A stretch of 48,090 nucleotides of DNA from Bryobacteraceae bacterium (GCA_035524535.1 DATKOS010000288.1:1-48090); one strand, 5' to 3'; positions 17,981-26,246 are shown, counted from the stretch's first letter. Translations and numbers: made by a program. Notes: generated by a model not told the origin, from the letters alone.

Positions 17981-18843
17981 CGCGCGCCCCCGCCGGAGTC
18001 TCCCATCTCACGCGCCGCCAGCAGTTCCACAAGCTGCGCCAAAACCTCCGCGCGGTCCCGTCCCCCGAGCGCCAGCGCCAGTTGGGCCGTCAGCAGCCCG
18101 TAGCGCGCGCCGATGTCGTATCGCTGGACCTGTTCCTCCAGCGCCAGGTATTTTTCCCGCCGCGCCAGCTCGTCCAGCGCCGGCGAAAGGGAAACCCGCG
18201 AGTCCGGCGCTTCCGCCAGCCGCTTCTCAAGCAAATCCATCACCGCGGGCGTCAGCGCATGCATGCCGAAAAAGCAGAGGTAATGCCCGGCCCGCAGGCC
18301 CGGCGTGGTCAGCCGCTGCTCCGCCTCCGTCGGCGTCGGCTTCTCAAGCACCGCATCGATGCGGTAGAGCCCTTGCCGCCCCGCCAAACGTCGCGCGCCC
18401 ACCGCCCCGTAGCGCGGCAGCAGGCTCTCGCGCGTCACCTGGACAGCCGAAACGGAGCACTTCTCGGCGCCCGCCAGCGCCAAAAGCTGGCGCGCGCCCG
18501 CCGGATCCGCCCCCGTGGACCAGAGGTGATCTCCCACCAGATGTAGGAATGGCTCATCCGCCAGAAATTCCCGCGCGCAGTACACCGCGTGGCCGTAGCC
18601 CAACGGCTGCGGTTGCGGTACGAAGCGAACATGCCCCAGGTGCCGCGCCGCCGCCTGCCCGTAGCGCGCCTCGTCCCCCGGCCATATCACCACGCACACT
18701 TCCTCGATATGCGCCGCTAGAGCCAGCTCAATCAGGATTCCGAGGACGGACTTCTCCTCGCCGTCCGTATCCACCAGCGTCTGCAGCGGCAGCAAACGCT
18801 GCTTCTCGCCCGCCGCGGTGATCACTGCCTTCTTGATTTTCAC
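17977..18843 (-). CDS. GalU-like sugar-phosphate nucleotidyltransferase with a divergent G-loop
   Basis: [20 protein letters not shown] compares with the canonical KAVIPxAGLGTRxLP. The [14 protein letters not shown] segment is GalU-like (VEKP). A 4-nt overlap (17977-17980) links it to the downstream 1109-aa gene. Confidence 0.7.
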   Translation of the reverse strand: MKIKKAVITAAGEKQRLLPLQTLVDTDGEEKSVLGILIELALAAHIEEVCVVIWPGDEARYGQAAARHLGHVRFVPQPQPLGYGHAVYCAREFLADEPFLHLVGDHLWSTGADPAGARQLLALAGAEKCSVSAVQVTRESLLPRYGAVGARRLAGRQGLYRIDAVLEKPTPTEAEQRLTTPGLRAGHYLCFFGMHALTPAVMDLLEKRLAEAPDSRVSLSPALDELARREKYLALEEQVQRYDIGARYGLLTAQLALALGGRDRAEVLAQLVELLAAREMGDSGGGAR

Positions 18844-18992
18844 GCCAGCGCTCCTATGCCAGTGTAACGGAGAGACAGACTGGCGCGGACGAATCCGTTC
18901 GAGGCCGCTTCGTTCGCCGCTCTCCGCGCCGCGCCCGCTTCAGCGCGCCCCGTTGGGCATCCCGCTTTCCTCGCGGCCGCGGACAGCGCCAT

Positions 18993-19589
18993 TCATCCTT
19001 CCGCGCGCTTTAGCAGCCGCTCCAGCTTGCTGTCCAGTTCCTCCATCCGCCGCACGATTTCCTGGAACTGCGTTTCTTCTACCGGCGGGACTTTGCGGCT
19101 TACATAGAACACCCCGCCCGGTTCCAGTACGCATTTATCCACTTCGTCGAGTCCGGAAAAGCTCTGCCGGTGCAGCACCGTGATCAGCTCGGACCGCGAA
19201 AGCATCTCGCGCGCCAAAGCCTTTTCCACAATCTCTCCGTTCTCTACTAACACCGTCGGCCGCCCTTCCAGAATTTCGTCAAGCCGCCGATGTTTGAACA
19301 GGAACCGTACTACGAGGTAATTCACCGCCAGCAGCGTGAACGCGCCAATCAGCCCGCCGGTCAATGAGTTGTCGTTGCCGATAATGGCGTTCTGAACGGT
19401 ATTCGAAAGCGAGAGCAGCACCACCAGATCGAAGGGGTTGAGCTGCGCCAGTTCGCGTTTCCCGAACACGCGCAAAAGCAAAACCAGAAAGAAATATACG
19501 ATCACCGGCCGCAGGACCTTTTCCACAACCGGCGCTCCCACGCCGAAAATGGAGAGCCACACGTCATGCGAAAACAGCCACTGGGGCAT
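18993..19589 (-). CDS. DUF421 (YetF-like) membrane protein
   Basis: N-terminal TM helices are followed by RVFGKRELAQLNPFDLVVLLSLSNTVQNAIIG and then GRPTVLVENGEIVEKALAREMLS, as in the YetF/DUF421 family. Confidence 0.8.
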   Translation of the reverse strand: MPQWLFSHDVWLSIFGVGAPVVEKVLRPVIVYFFLVLLLRVFGKRELAQLNPFDLVVLLSLSNTVQNAIIGNDNSLTGGLIGAFTLLAVNYLVVRFLFKHRRLDEILEGRPTVLVENGEIVEKALAREMLSRSELITVLHRQSFSGLDEVDKCVLEPGGVFYVSRKVPPVEETQFQEIVRRMEELDSKLERLLKRAEG

Positions 19590-19652
19590 CTGTCCGTCCT
19601 CCTCGCGCCGCCGGCAAAATCCCGCTGCGCAAAGCGGGCATCGGGGCTAAAC

Positions 19653-19658
19653 TAGGAT
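19653..19658 (+). promoter_or_regulatory. Candidate -10 (TAGGAT) placed so that dnaB would be leaderless
   Basis: The hexamer ends 6 nt before ATG 19665, and there is no SD in between. Confidence 0.25.
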
Positions 19659-19664
19659 AGCGCC

Positions 19665-21029
19665 ATGACCCCAACCGACGGCAATGATAAGGGCCTTCCG
19701 ACCAACGTGGACGCTGAGCGGCTCGTGCTCGGCTCCATCATGCTCGACGACGGCCTCTACATTCAGGCCGCCGGCTCGCTCGAGAGCGACGACTTTAGCC
19801 TCGAAAAGCATCGCCGCATCTTCAAGCGCATGGGCGATCTCTACGAGCACGGCGAAAAGATCGACCGCATCACCATCGCCAACGAGCTCATGAAGTACGG
19901 CGAGCTCGAAGCCTGCGACGGCCTCAGCTACCTGGTCTCGCTCGATGACGGCCTGCCGCGCGTCTCCAACCTGGAGAGCTACCTCCGCATCGTCAAGGAC
20001 AAGTCGATCCTCCGCCGTATCATCTTCGCCTCGCAGCATATGATGAACCGCTGCCTGATGGGCGAGGACGCGCCGGACCAGATCCTCGCCGGCGCCGAGG
20101 AAACGCTCCTCAAGCTCGGCGAATCGCGCCTCCAAGCCGGCTTGCAGCAGGCCGGCGACATCCTGGAGCGCTATGAGGGCGGCCTGAGCGCCTTCCTCGA
20201 CCCCAGCAAGCGCATCAAGGGCATCAGCACCGGCTTCTCCAAGTTCGACGAGATGACCGGCGGGATGCACGGCGGTGACCTCATCATCCTCGCTGCGCGC
20301 CCGTCCATGGGAAAGACCGCGCTGGCGTTGAACATCGCCCAGCACGTGGCCCTGAAGCTCAGACAGACGGTGGCCATTTTCTCGCTCGAAATGTCCAAGG
20401 AGTCGCTCCTCACCCGCATGCTGTGCGCGGTAGCGCGCGTGGATAGCCAGAAGTTTCGCGGCGGGTATCTAAGCCAGGAAGAACGCCGCAGGCTCGGACA
20501 TGCCCTCAACGAAATCGCCGAGGCCCCGCTCTACATCGACGATACTGCCGGCTTGCACCTGATGGACATGCACGCCAAGCTGCGGCGTCTCCAATCGGAA
20601 AAGCGCGAGCCCCGCCTCGTCATCGTGGACTACCTGCAGCTCATGGAAGGCCGCGGGCGCTTTGAGAACCGCGTCCAGGAGGTCAGCGCCCTTTCCCGAG
20701 GACTGAAGCTGTTGGGCAAGGAGCTGAACATTCCGATGATGGTGCTCTCCCAGTTGAGCCGCGCCACGGAAACACGCCAGGGCGACCACCGCCCGCAGTT
20801 GAGCGACCTTCGCGAATCCGGCGCCATCGAGCAGGACGCGGACGTGGTGGGCTTCATCTTTCGCGAGGAAGTCTATCAGCGCGACCGCGAAGACCTGCGC
20901 GGCCTGGCCGAGTTGATCATCGGCAAGCAGCGCAACGGACCCACCGGCACCGTGAACCTCGTCTTCCTCCACGCCCAAACCAAGTTCGAGAACCGCGCCG
21001 AAGACACCGGAGACCTGCCCGAAGAATAG
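19665..21029 (+). CDS. dnaB: Replicative DNA helicase DnaB
   Basis: Full-length 454 aa. The N-terminal part reads ERLVLGSIMLDD. Walker A is AARPSMGKTA, Walker B is LVIVDYLQLM, followed by LSQLSRATE and RESGAIEQDAD. There is no intein insertion. Confidence 0.95.
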   Translation: MTPTDGNDKGLPTNVDAERLVLGSIMLDDGLYIQAAGSLESDDFSLEKHRRIFKRMGDLYEHGEKIDRITIANELMKYGELEACDGLSYLVSLDDGLPRVSNLESYLRIVKDKSILRRIIFASQHMMNRCLMGEDAPDQILAGAEETLLKLGESRLQAGLQQAGDILERYEGGLSAFLDPSKRIKGISTGFSKFDEMTGGMHGGDLIILAARPSMGKTALALNIAQHVALKLRQTVAIFSLEMSKESLLTRMLCAVARVDSQKFRGGYLSQEERRRLGHALNEIAEAPLYIDDTAGLHLMDMHAKLRRLQSEKREPRLVIVDYLQLMEGRGRFENRVQEVSALSRGLKLLGKELNIPMMVLSQLSRATETRQGDHRPQLSDLRESGAIEQDADVVGFIFREEVYQRDREDLRGLAELIIGKQRNGPTGTVNLVFLHAQTKFENRAEDTGDLPEE

Positions 21030-21035
21030 TGGAGC

Positions 21036-21041
21036 TATAAT
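21036..21041 (+). promoter_or_regulatory. Candidate -10 TATAAT for TIGR03435 paralog 1
   Basis: It lies 17 nt upstream of GTG 21059 with the SD GAGGTG in between. The equivalent TATAGT sits at the same distance from paralog 2. Confidence 0.35.
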
Positions 21042-21058
21042 CCCGCATGAGGTGACTC

Positions 21059-21796
21059 GTGCGGCTGACTCTGGCTCTCCTCCTCGCTTTCGCCGCCCAG
21101 GCCCAGCAACCGCCGCCCGCGCGGCCGGAGTTCGAAGTGGTCTCTGTGAAACCAGGCGATCCGGCCAGACTCGCATCCGGCATGACTTTGCAGCCCGGCC
21201 GTCTGATCCTCCACAACGCTACCTTGAAGACCCTGATCCTGCAAGCCTTCCGCATTAGCGAATACCAGATCGCCGGCGGTCCCAACTGGACCGGCGCCGC
21301 GAAATTCGATATCGTCGCCAAGCTGCCCGCCGGCGCGCCGATGAACCAGTCCCCGGCCATGATGCAGACCATGCTGGAGGATCGCTTTCGGCTCAGGACG
21401 CACCGCGAGACCCGCCAGGTGCGCGAATACGCCCTTGTGCTCGCGCCGGGCGGCCCGAAATTCGAGAGCCTCGATGAGAACGACCACCAAGGAGCCGGAA
21501 GCATGACGAGTTTCGGCGGCGGAGCCGGCGAGATCCTGGGCCGCGGCAAGACCGCCCCGGAGCTTGCCGCCATGCTGGTTGACGCCGTCGAGGCGCCTGT
21601 GGTCGACCGCACCGGACTCACCGGCAAGTACGATTTCCACCTGAAGTACGCGCCGGTCTCCACTTCACCCGACGCCGACCCGGCTGTGCTTACCATCTTC
21701 GGCGCCGTTCAGAAGTTGGGCCTGAAGCTGAACGCCATCAAAGGCCCGGTGGAAGTTCTGGTGATCGACCACGCCGAAATGCCCTCTGTGAATTAG
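21059..21796 (+). CDS. TIGR03435-family (Solibacter-type) exported protein, paralog 1
   Basis: Signal peptide MRLTLALLLAFAAQAQQ. The motif PEFEVVSVKP is followed by DRTGLTGKYDFHLKYAP and VEVLVIDHAEMPS, as I recall for this acidobacterial family. Confidence 0.8.
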   Translation: MRLTLALLLAFAAQAQQPPPARPEFEVVSVKPGDPARLASGMTLQPGRLILHNATLKTLILQAFRISEYQIAGGPNWTGAAKFDIVAKLPAGAPMNQSPAMMQTMLEDRFRLRTHRETRQVREYALVLAPGGPKFESLDENDHQGAGSMTSFGGGAGEILGRGKTAPELAAMLVDAVEAPVVDRTGLTGKYDFHLKYAPVSTSPDADPAVLTIFGAVQKLGLKLNAIKGPVEVLVIDHAEMPSVN

Positions 21797-21798
21797 TC

Positions 21799-21828
21799 GG
21801 GTAGGCCTCCGGGCCGGGATGCCTACCC
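21799..21828 (+). terminator. Hairpin (GGGTAGGC-14 nt-GCCTACCC) just after paralog 1; weak terminator candidate
   Basis: An 8-bp perfect stem starts 3 nt after the stop. There is no T-tract, so intrinsic-terminator function is doubtful. Confidence 0.3.
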
Positions 21829-21843
21829 TGCTCTCACCGCCGG

Positions 21844-21933
21844 CAGCTCCGCCCGCGTGAACGCCGCCCCGCGAATCTGCTCCCGCAGCGTCGAGTATTT
21901 CAGCGCCGAGGACGCCGCCCTCAGTTTCTCAAC
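21844..21933 (-). pseudogene. Relic copy of the 3' end of gene 22747..23340, carried along by the tandem duplication
   Basis: The core 21844-21908 matches 22765-22829 at 63 of 65 nt by my alignment. On the minus strand it translates to ...EVEKLRAASSALKYSTLREQIRGAAFTRAEL. The C-terminus of the real gene reads VEADGVRAAAAALKYSTLREQIRGAAFTRAEL. An in-frame TGA lies upstream and there is no start codon. Confidence 0.65.
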
Positions 21934-21978
21934 TTCTGTTTCTCAGCCTCCGCCGCGGCTGTCTGGTGAGTGATAAAG

Positions 21979-21984
21979 TATAGT
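21979..21984 (+). promoter_or_regulatory. Candidate -10 TATAGT for TIGR03435 paralog 2
   Basis: It lies 17 nt upstream of ATG 22002, the same geometry as for paralog 1. Confidence 0.3.
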
Positions 21985-22001
21985 ACCGCCTGAGTTGACT
22001 C

Positions 22002-22727
22002 ATGCGCTTCCTGCTCCTCACGCTCTTCGCCCTCGGCGCCCAGGCCCAGCAACCGCCCGCCGGGCTGCCACGGTTCGAAGTGGTTTCGGTAAAGCCCAGC
22101 AACGCGCCCCGCGCGAGCTGGAGCTGGGGCACGCCGCCCGGCCGGGTCGTCATGCGGAACGTCACGCTCCAATTCCTGGTGACATACGCATACCACTTGA
22201 ACGACTATCAGCTCGATGGCGGCCCTAAGTGGCTGGATTCGGCGAGGTTCGATATCGACGCCAAGCTTCCCGACGGCGTGCCGATGAGCCAAGCTCCGGC
22301 TATGTTGCAGGCGATGTTGGAGGACCGGTTCCAGGTCAAAGCGCATCGCGAAACACGGGACGTCCGCGAATATTCGCTGGTCGTGGCCCAGGGCGGCCCC
22401 AGGTTCGTGGATCTCGATAAGAACGATAACGCCGGCGCAACCAGCTACACCGGCCCGAACGAAATCCTGGGCCGAGCCAAGACAGCTCCCGAGATCGCGG
22501 CAATGTTGATTGGTCCGGTCGGCGCCCCGGTCATCGACCGGACTGGCTTAACCGGGCAGTACGACTTCCACTTGAAATACGCACCGCTCTCAGTCTCGGC
22601 CGAAGCGGACCAGGGCTTGCCCACCATCTTCGGCGCTGTCCTGAAACTCGGCCTCAAGCTTGAATCCACCAAAGGCCCGGTGGAAGTAATGGTTATCGAC
22701 CGCGCGGAAATGCCCTCGGCCAACTGA
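22002..22727 (+). CDS. TIGR03435-family exported protein, paralog 2
   Basis: It aligns along its full length with 21059..21796 (PRFEVVSVKP, DRTGLTGQYDFHLKYAP, VEVMVIDRAEMPS). Confidence 0.8.
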   Translation: MRFLLLTLFALGAQAQQPPAGLPRFEVVSVKPSNAPRASWSWGTPPGRVVMRNVTLQFLVTYAYHLNDYQLDGGPKWLDSARFDIDAKLPDGVPMSQAPAMLQAMLEDRFQVKAHRETRDVREYSLVVAQGGPRFVDLDKNDNAGATSYTGPNEILGRAKTAPEIAAMLIGPVGAPVIDRTGLTGQYDFHLKYAPLSVSAEADQGLPTIFGAVLKLGLKLESTKGPVEVMVIDRAEMPSAN

Positions 22728-22746
22728 ACGAGCCCCGGCTTGCCCC

Positions 22747-23340
22747 CTACCGCCTCGCCGCCAGCAGCTCCGCCCGCGTGAACGCCGCCCCTCGAATCTG
22801 CTCCCGCAGCGTCGAGTACTTCAGCGCCGCCGCAGCCGCCCGCACGCCATCCGCTTCCACTACCGTGAACTCGCGCGCGTACCGGTCCGCCCGGTCCCGG
22901 TACGAATACCCCTCATAAGCCGCGCCGCTCGCCACAACACGCATCAGCGCATCCCAGAAGGACGCGCGCGCGAAGATCCCCTTCCGTTCTCCCGCTTCGC
23001 GCGGGATCTCAATCACGGCGCGCCCGCCGCGCAGCACGGCATGCACGCAGCGCGCCGGCGCGAACGCAATGCTCGGGTCCGGATCGGGAAACGCCGCCAG
23101 CGCTTCGCGCAGGTCTTCCGCTTCCGCCCGAAGACCCTCCCACCGGAACCGCGAAGCGCCGCTCACCAGCGTTCCGCGCAGTAGAATCTCCCGGATGCGC
23201 GCCTCGTCTTTGCCGGCCAGCGCGAGCACTTGCTCGATCAGCTCGCGCATGCCCAGCTCCTGCACCACCACCTGCGTGAGCGAAATCGCGCCGGCGGCCT
23301 CCGAGCTCAGTTTCACGCGGATCTTCTCCGGCAGCGCCAT
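22747..23340 (-). CDS. Hypothetical protein
   Basis: 198 codons from ATG 23340 (MALPEKIRVKL...). The composition looks coding and I recognise no family. The track start at 23397 would overlap the divergent gene. Confidence 0.55.
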   Translation of the reverse strand: MALPEKIRVKLSSEAAGAISLTQVVVQELGMRELIEQVLALAGKDEARIREILLRGTLVSGASRFRWEGLRAEAEDLREALAAFPDPDPSIAFAPARCVHAVLRGGRAVIEIPREAGERKGIFARASFWDALMRVVASGAAYEGYSYRDRADRYAREFTVVEADGVRAAAAALKYSTLREQIRGAAFTRAELLAARR

Positions 23341-23363
23341 CGATTTCACGCTAGCATAGGTCC

Positions 23364-23669
23364 GTGACGTCCCTCGAAAAGGTGCTGGCCGAAACACGCC
23401 GCTATGAGCACGCGCTGCTGGCCTTCTCCGCGCGGGAGCGCCACGGCGCCGTGGAACTGGTCATTTCCCTCAAGCAGACCGCCCCCGCGCTCCACACCTA
23501 TTACGCCCCGGTCCACGAACGCGACATCGAGAACCCGCAGTTCCCCTGGACCTTCCAGCGCTACCTCTACGACTGCATGCACGATTATCTGGTCGAACTC
23601 TTCGTCCGCACGCCGCAAACCCGCGAAGCGCCCGCAAGCGCCGGGCGGAACGAGCGCCCCTCGTCATGA
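23364..23669 (+). CDS. Small hypothetical protein (101 aa), translationally coupled to the MidA-like methyltransferase
   Basis: GTG start and balanced composition (MTSLEKVLAETRRYEHALLAF...FPWTFQRYLYDCMHDYLVELF). An ATGA overlap with the downstream gene lies at 23666-23669. Confidence 0.5.
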   Translation: MTSLEKVLAETRRYEHALLAFSARERHGAVELVISLKQTAPALHTYYAPVHERDIENPQFPWTFQRYLYDCMHDYLVELFVRTPQTREAPASAGRNERPSS

Positions 23670-24631
23670 CGCCGCTCGGCGAACTTCTGGCCGAAGAGAT
23701 CCGCGCGCTAGGTTCCATCCCCTTCCGCCGCTTCATGGACGCCGCGCTCTACCACCCCGTTCACGGCTATTACCGCCGCGCCCACGACCCCTTCGGCAAA
23801 CACGGAGACTTCTTCACCGCCGAACAGATTCAGCCGGTCTTCGGCATTCTGATGGCCGCACGCATCCGCCAGTTGTTCCTTCAGATGGGCAGCCCGGCCG
23901 ATTTCACCGTGGCGGAACTCGGTGCCGGCCGCCGGGAAATGGCGGAGGCGTTTTCGGAATGGCGCTACGTCGGCGTGGACCTCGATTCCGGCGCCCTACC
24001 CCAATCCTTCACCGGCGTGGTATTCACCAACGAGTTCTTCGACGCCCTGCCGGTGGACGTCGCCATCTGGCGCGATGGCGCCTTCCACGAACAGCGCGTC
24101 ACGCTGCGGGACGGCCGCTTCCAGTGGCAGACCGGCCCCGCCGCGCCGCCCGAGGTCGCCGCGCATCTCCACGCCGCCTTTCCCGAACCGGAGGAAGGCC
24201 GCTGGTACGAAGCGAACCTCGATGCCGCGCGATGGATGGAGCGCATTGCCGCGGCGCTCGAGCGCGGATTCGTCCTCACCGTCGATTACGGCTACACGCG
24301 TTCCGAGTACGTGCGCTTCCCCGAGGGCACCCTGATGGGATACCGCCGCCACACCGCGCGCCAAGATGTGCTCGAAGCTCCCGGAGAGCGCGATATCACC
24401 GCACACGTCAACTTCACCGCGCTCCAGGAAGCCGGCGCCGCCTGCGGACTGGCCGTGGAATGTTTCGAAACTCTCGCGCGGACGCTTTTGGCGGCCGGAG
24501 AACCCAGCCAGTTCGCCGCCGCTCTCGCCTCCGGCGATGCTCGTGAGCAGTTCCGCCGCCGCATGCAGCTCAAGACCCTGCTCTTCGGAATGGGCGAAAC
24601 CTTCCGCACGCTCCTCCAGCGAAAACCGTAG
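23666..24631 (+). CDS. Class I SAM-dependent methyltransferase, MidA/NDUFAF7 (DUF185) family
   Basis: IPFRRFMDAALYHPVHGYYRR...DFFTAEQIQPVFG...VELGAGRREMA...FTNEFFDALPV is the DUF185 pattern as I recall it. Confidence 0.8.
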   Translation: MTPLGELLAEEIRALGSIPFRRFMDAALYHPVHGYYRRAHDPFGKHGDFFTAEQIQPVFGILMAARIRQLFLQMGSPADFTVAELGAGRREMAEAFSEWRYVGVDLDSGALPQSFTGVVFTNEFFDALPVDVAIWRDGAFHEQRVTLRDGRFQWQTGPAAPPEVAAHLHAAFPEPEEGRWYEANLDAARWMERIAAALERGFVLTVDYGYTRSEYVRFPEGTLMGYRRHTARQDVLEAPGERDITAHVNFTALQEAGAACGLAVECFETLARTLLAAGEPSQFAAALASGDAREQFRRRMQLKTLLFGMGETFRTLLQRKP

Positions 24632-24740
24632 CGCGCCGCGCCGGCCCCGAGGAAACGCCTCCGGAACGCCACTCCAAGGAACGCCGAAAATGTTTTGGGG
24701 ATCTTCTCGGAAGGCCCGTAAAATCGAGGGGAAATGAAAA

Positions 24741-24762
24741 AGGCCCCGGAAATCCGGGGCCT
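24741..24762 (-). terminator. Rho-independent terminator (minus strand)
   Basis: On the minus strand AGGCCCCGG-ATTT-CCGGGGCCT is followed by TTTTCATTT, about 45 nt downstream of the small lysine-rich ORF. Confidence 0.6.
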
Positions 24763-24804
24763 CAAAATGGAACCTGTTTTAGCCCTTCTTCAGGGCGCGC
24801 CCGA

Positions 24805-24867
24805 CTACTTCTTCTTCTTCGGAGCAGCCTTTTTCTTCGGGGCGGCTTTCTTGGTTGCGCTCTTCAT
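24805..24867 (-). CDS. Unannotated 20-codon lysine-rich small ORF (MKSATKKAAPKKKAAPKKKK)
   Basis: My own translation. The SD GGGAGA lies 7 nt upstream of ATG 24867, the stop is TAG at 24805, and a strong terminator follows. The ORF is below the track's size cutoff. Confidence 0.35.
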   Translation of the reverse strand: MKSATKKAAPKKKAAPKKKK

Positions 24868-24893
24868 CGTTGATTCTCCCTAAACATCAAATT

Positions 24894-24915
24894 TTGCGAC
24901 TTGGAAAAATCGCAA
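24894..24915. promoter_or_regulatory. Palindrome TTGCGA-10 nt-TCGCAA in the AT-rich divergent region (possible operator or hairpin)
   Basis: ttgcgacttggaaaaatcgcaa, adjacent to a TATATA tract at about 24924. Confidence 0.25.
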
Positions 24916-25082
24916 TGTGATTCATATATAAGGTGGTTCACGAAGAAAGTCAAGAGAAAAATGCATGGAGCCCTTCCGCGGCGCCCTCTCGCGCCTCCAT
25001 GCGCCGTCTTCCCTCGCTCGAATTTTCGCCGCGCATTGTCACGCGAACCGCGGTGGGCGCGAGGCGCGGCGCAATTCGGCGC

Positions 25083-25088
25083 TACAAT
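25083..25088 (+). promoter_or_regulatory. Candidate -10 TACAAT giving a (near-)leaderless FAH-family transcript
   Basis: The hexamer ends 9 nt before ATG 25098 and there is no SD. Confidence 0.3.
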
Positions 25089-25097
25089 ACCTTCACA

Positions 25098-25853
25098 ATG
25101 ACCTCGTACATCCGCTATCTTTCCGCCGCCGGCATTTCGTATGGAACGCTCGACGGCGATCTGGTGCACGAAATCCGCGGCGGCCTCTTCGGCCAGCGGT
25201 CTCCCACCGGCGTCGTCGCGAAACGCTCGGAGGTCACCCTGCTTCATCCCTGCCAGCCCGGCAAGATCCTCGCCGTCGGCCTGAACTACGGCAGCCACCT
25301 CGGTGATCGCCCCCGTCCGCAACATCCGGAGATCTTCTACAAGCCCGTCACGGCGCTGCAGGACCCCGAAAGCCCCATCGTCATGCCCGAAGGCGCCACC
25401 GATCTGCACTACGAGGGCGAGATGGTGGTGGTCATCGGCAAGCAGGTGCGCAACGTGGACCGCGAAGGCGCGCGCGAAGCCATCTTCGGCGTCACCTGTG
25501 GCGACGACGTCAGCGAGCGCGCCTGGCAGCAGACCGATCTGCAATGGTGGCGCGCCAAGGGTAGCGATACCTTCGCGCCGGTCGGCCCCGCCATCGTCAC
25601 CGGCCTCGACTACGGCAACCTGCTCCTGCAAACGCGCCTGAACGGCGAAGTGGTGCAGCGGCAATATACCGCGGACTTGATCTTCGATTGCCCCGCGATC
25701 GTGAGCTGGATCAGCCGCTGGGTCACGCTCATGCCCGGCGACCTGATCTACACCGGCACCCCCGGTTCCACGCGGAAGCTCTCCCCTGGCGACGTGGTCG
25801 AAGTGGAGATCGAGGGCATCGGCGTCCTGCGCAACCCCGTGGTCGCCGCCTAG
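25098..25853 (+). CDS. Fumarylacetoacetate hydrolase (FAH) family protein
   Basis: KILAVGLNYGSH, HYEGEMVVVIGK, GVTCGDDVSER and PGDLIYTGTPGS. ATG 25098 (MTSYIRYL) is preferred over the track's upstream extension. Confidence 0.85.
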   Translation: MTSYIRYLSAAGISYGTLDGDLVHEIRGGLFGQRSPTGVVAKRSEVTLLHPCQPGKILAVGLNYGSHLGDRPRPQHPEIFYKPVTALQDPESPIVMPEGATDLHYEGEMVVVIGKQVRNVDREGAREAIFGVTCGDDVSERAWQQTDLQWWRAKGSDTFAPVGPAIVTGLDYGNLLLQTRLNGEVVQRQYTADLIFDCPAIVSWISRWVTLMPGDLIYTGTPGSTRKLSPGDVVEVEIEGIGVLRNPVVAA

Positions 25854-25878
25854 CGCGGCGCCGCGGGCAATAAAACAA

Positions 25879-25892
25879 AACCCTAAAGGGTT
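25879..25892. terminator. Short hairpin AACCC-TAAA-GGGTT in the convergent gap; better as a minus-strand terminator
   Basis: The minus-strand reading is followed by TTGTTTTATT. The stem is only 5 bp plus imperfect extensions. Confidence 0.35.
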
Positions 25893-25895
25893 GTT

Positions 25896-26246
25896 TCAGA
25901 GCCACGAAGTCCCCAGGCTGTAGAGCAGCGCCGCCAGCACGGCCAGCGTCACCAGCGTATAGGTCCTGTCGCGCCGCATCGCGAACACCGCCAGCGTCAG
26001 CGCCACGCGCGCCACCGGCGTGGCGATGAGCAGCAGCAGGCCCGCCATCACGGCCGCTTCCGGCCCCGCAAGCGCGCCCATCGAGCGAAGCCCGGTGACC
26101 CGCGCCACGAACTTCCCGTAATGCGGCGCCGCGCCCCCGCTGGCCGCCAACAGCCACGCGCCTCCGGCTAGCGCCACCGCCGCGGCCGCCGTCACGCCGC
26201 CGCGCAGCAACCGCCCGATCACCGCGTCCAGCCTCTCGTCCGTCAA
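25896..26246 (-). CDS. DUF1634-like small membrane protein
   Basis: 116 aa with several TM helices and a 4-nt overlap with the upstream TauE gene. This pairing is typical as I recall. Confidence 0.6.
   Translation of the reverse strand: MTDERLDAVIGRLLRGGVTAAAAVALAGGAWLLAASGGAAPHYGKFVARVTGLRSMGALAGPEAAVMAGLLLLIATPVARVALTLAVFAMRRDRTYTLVTLAVLAALLYSLGTSWL

Noticed and set aside
19665-21029. Intein or insertion in dnaB
   Set aside because: The length (454 aa) and uninterrupted motif order are standard, so nothing is inserted.
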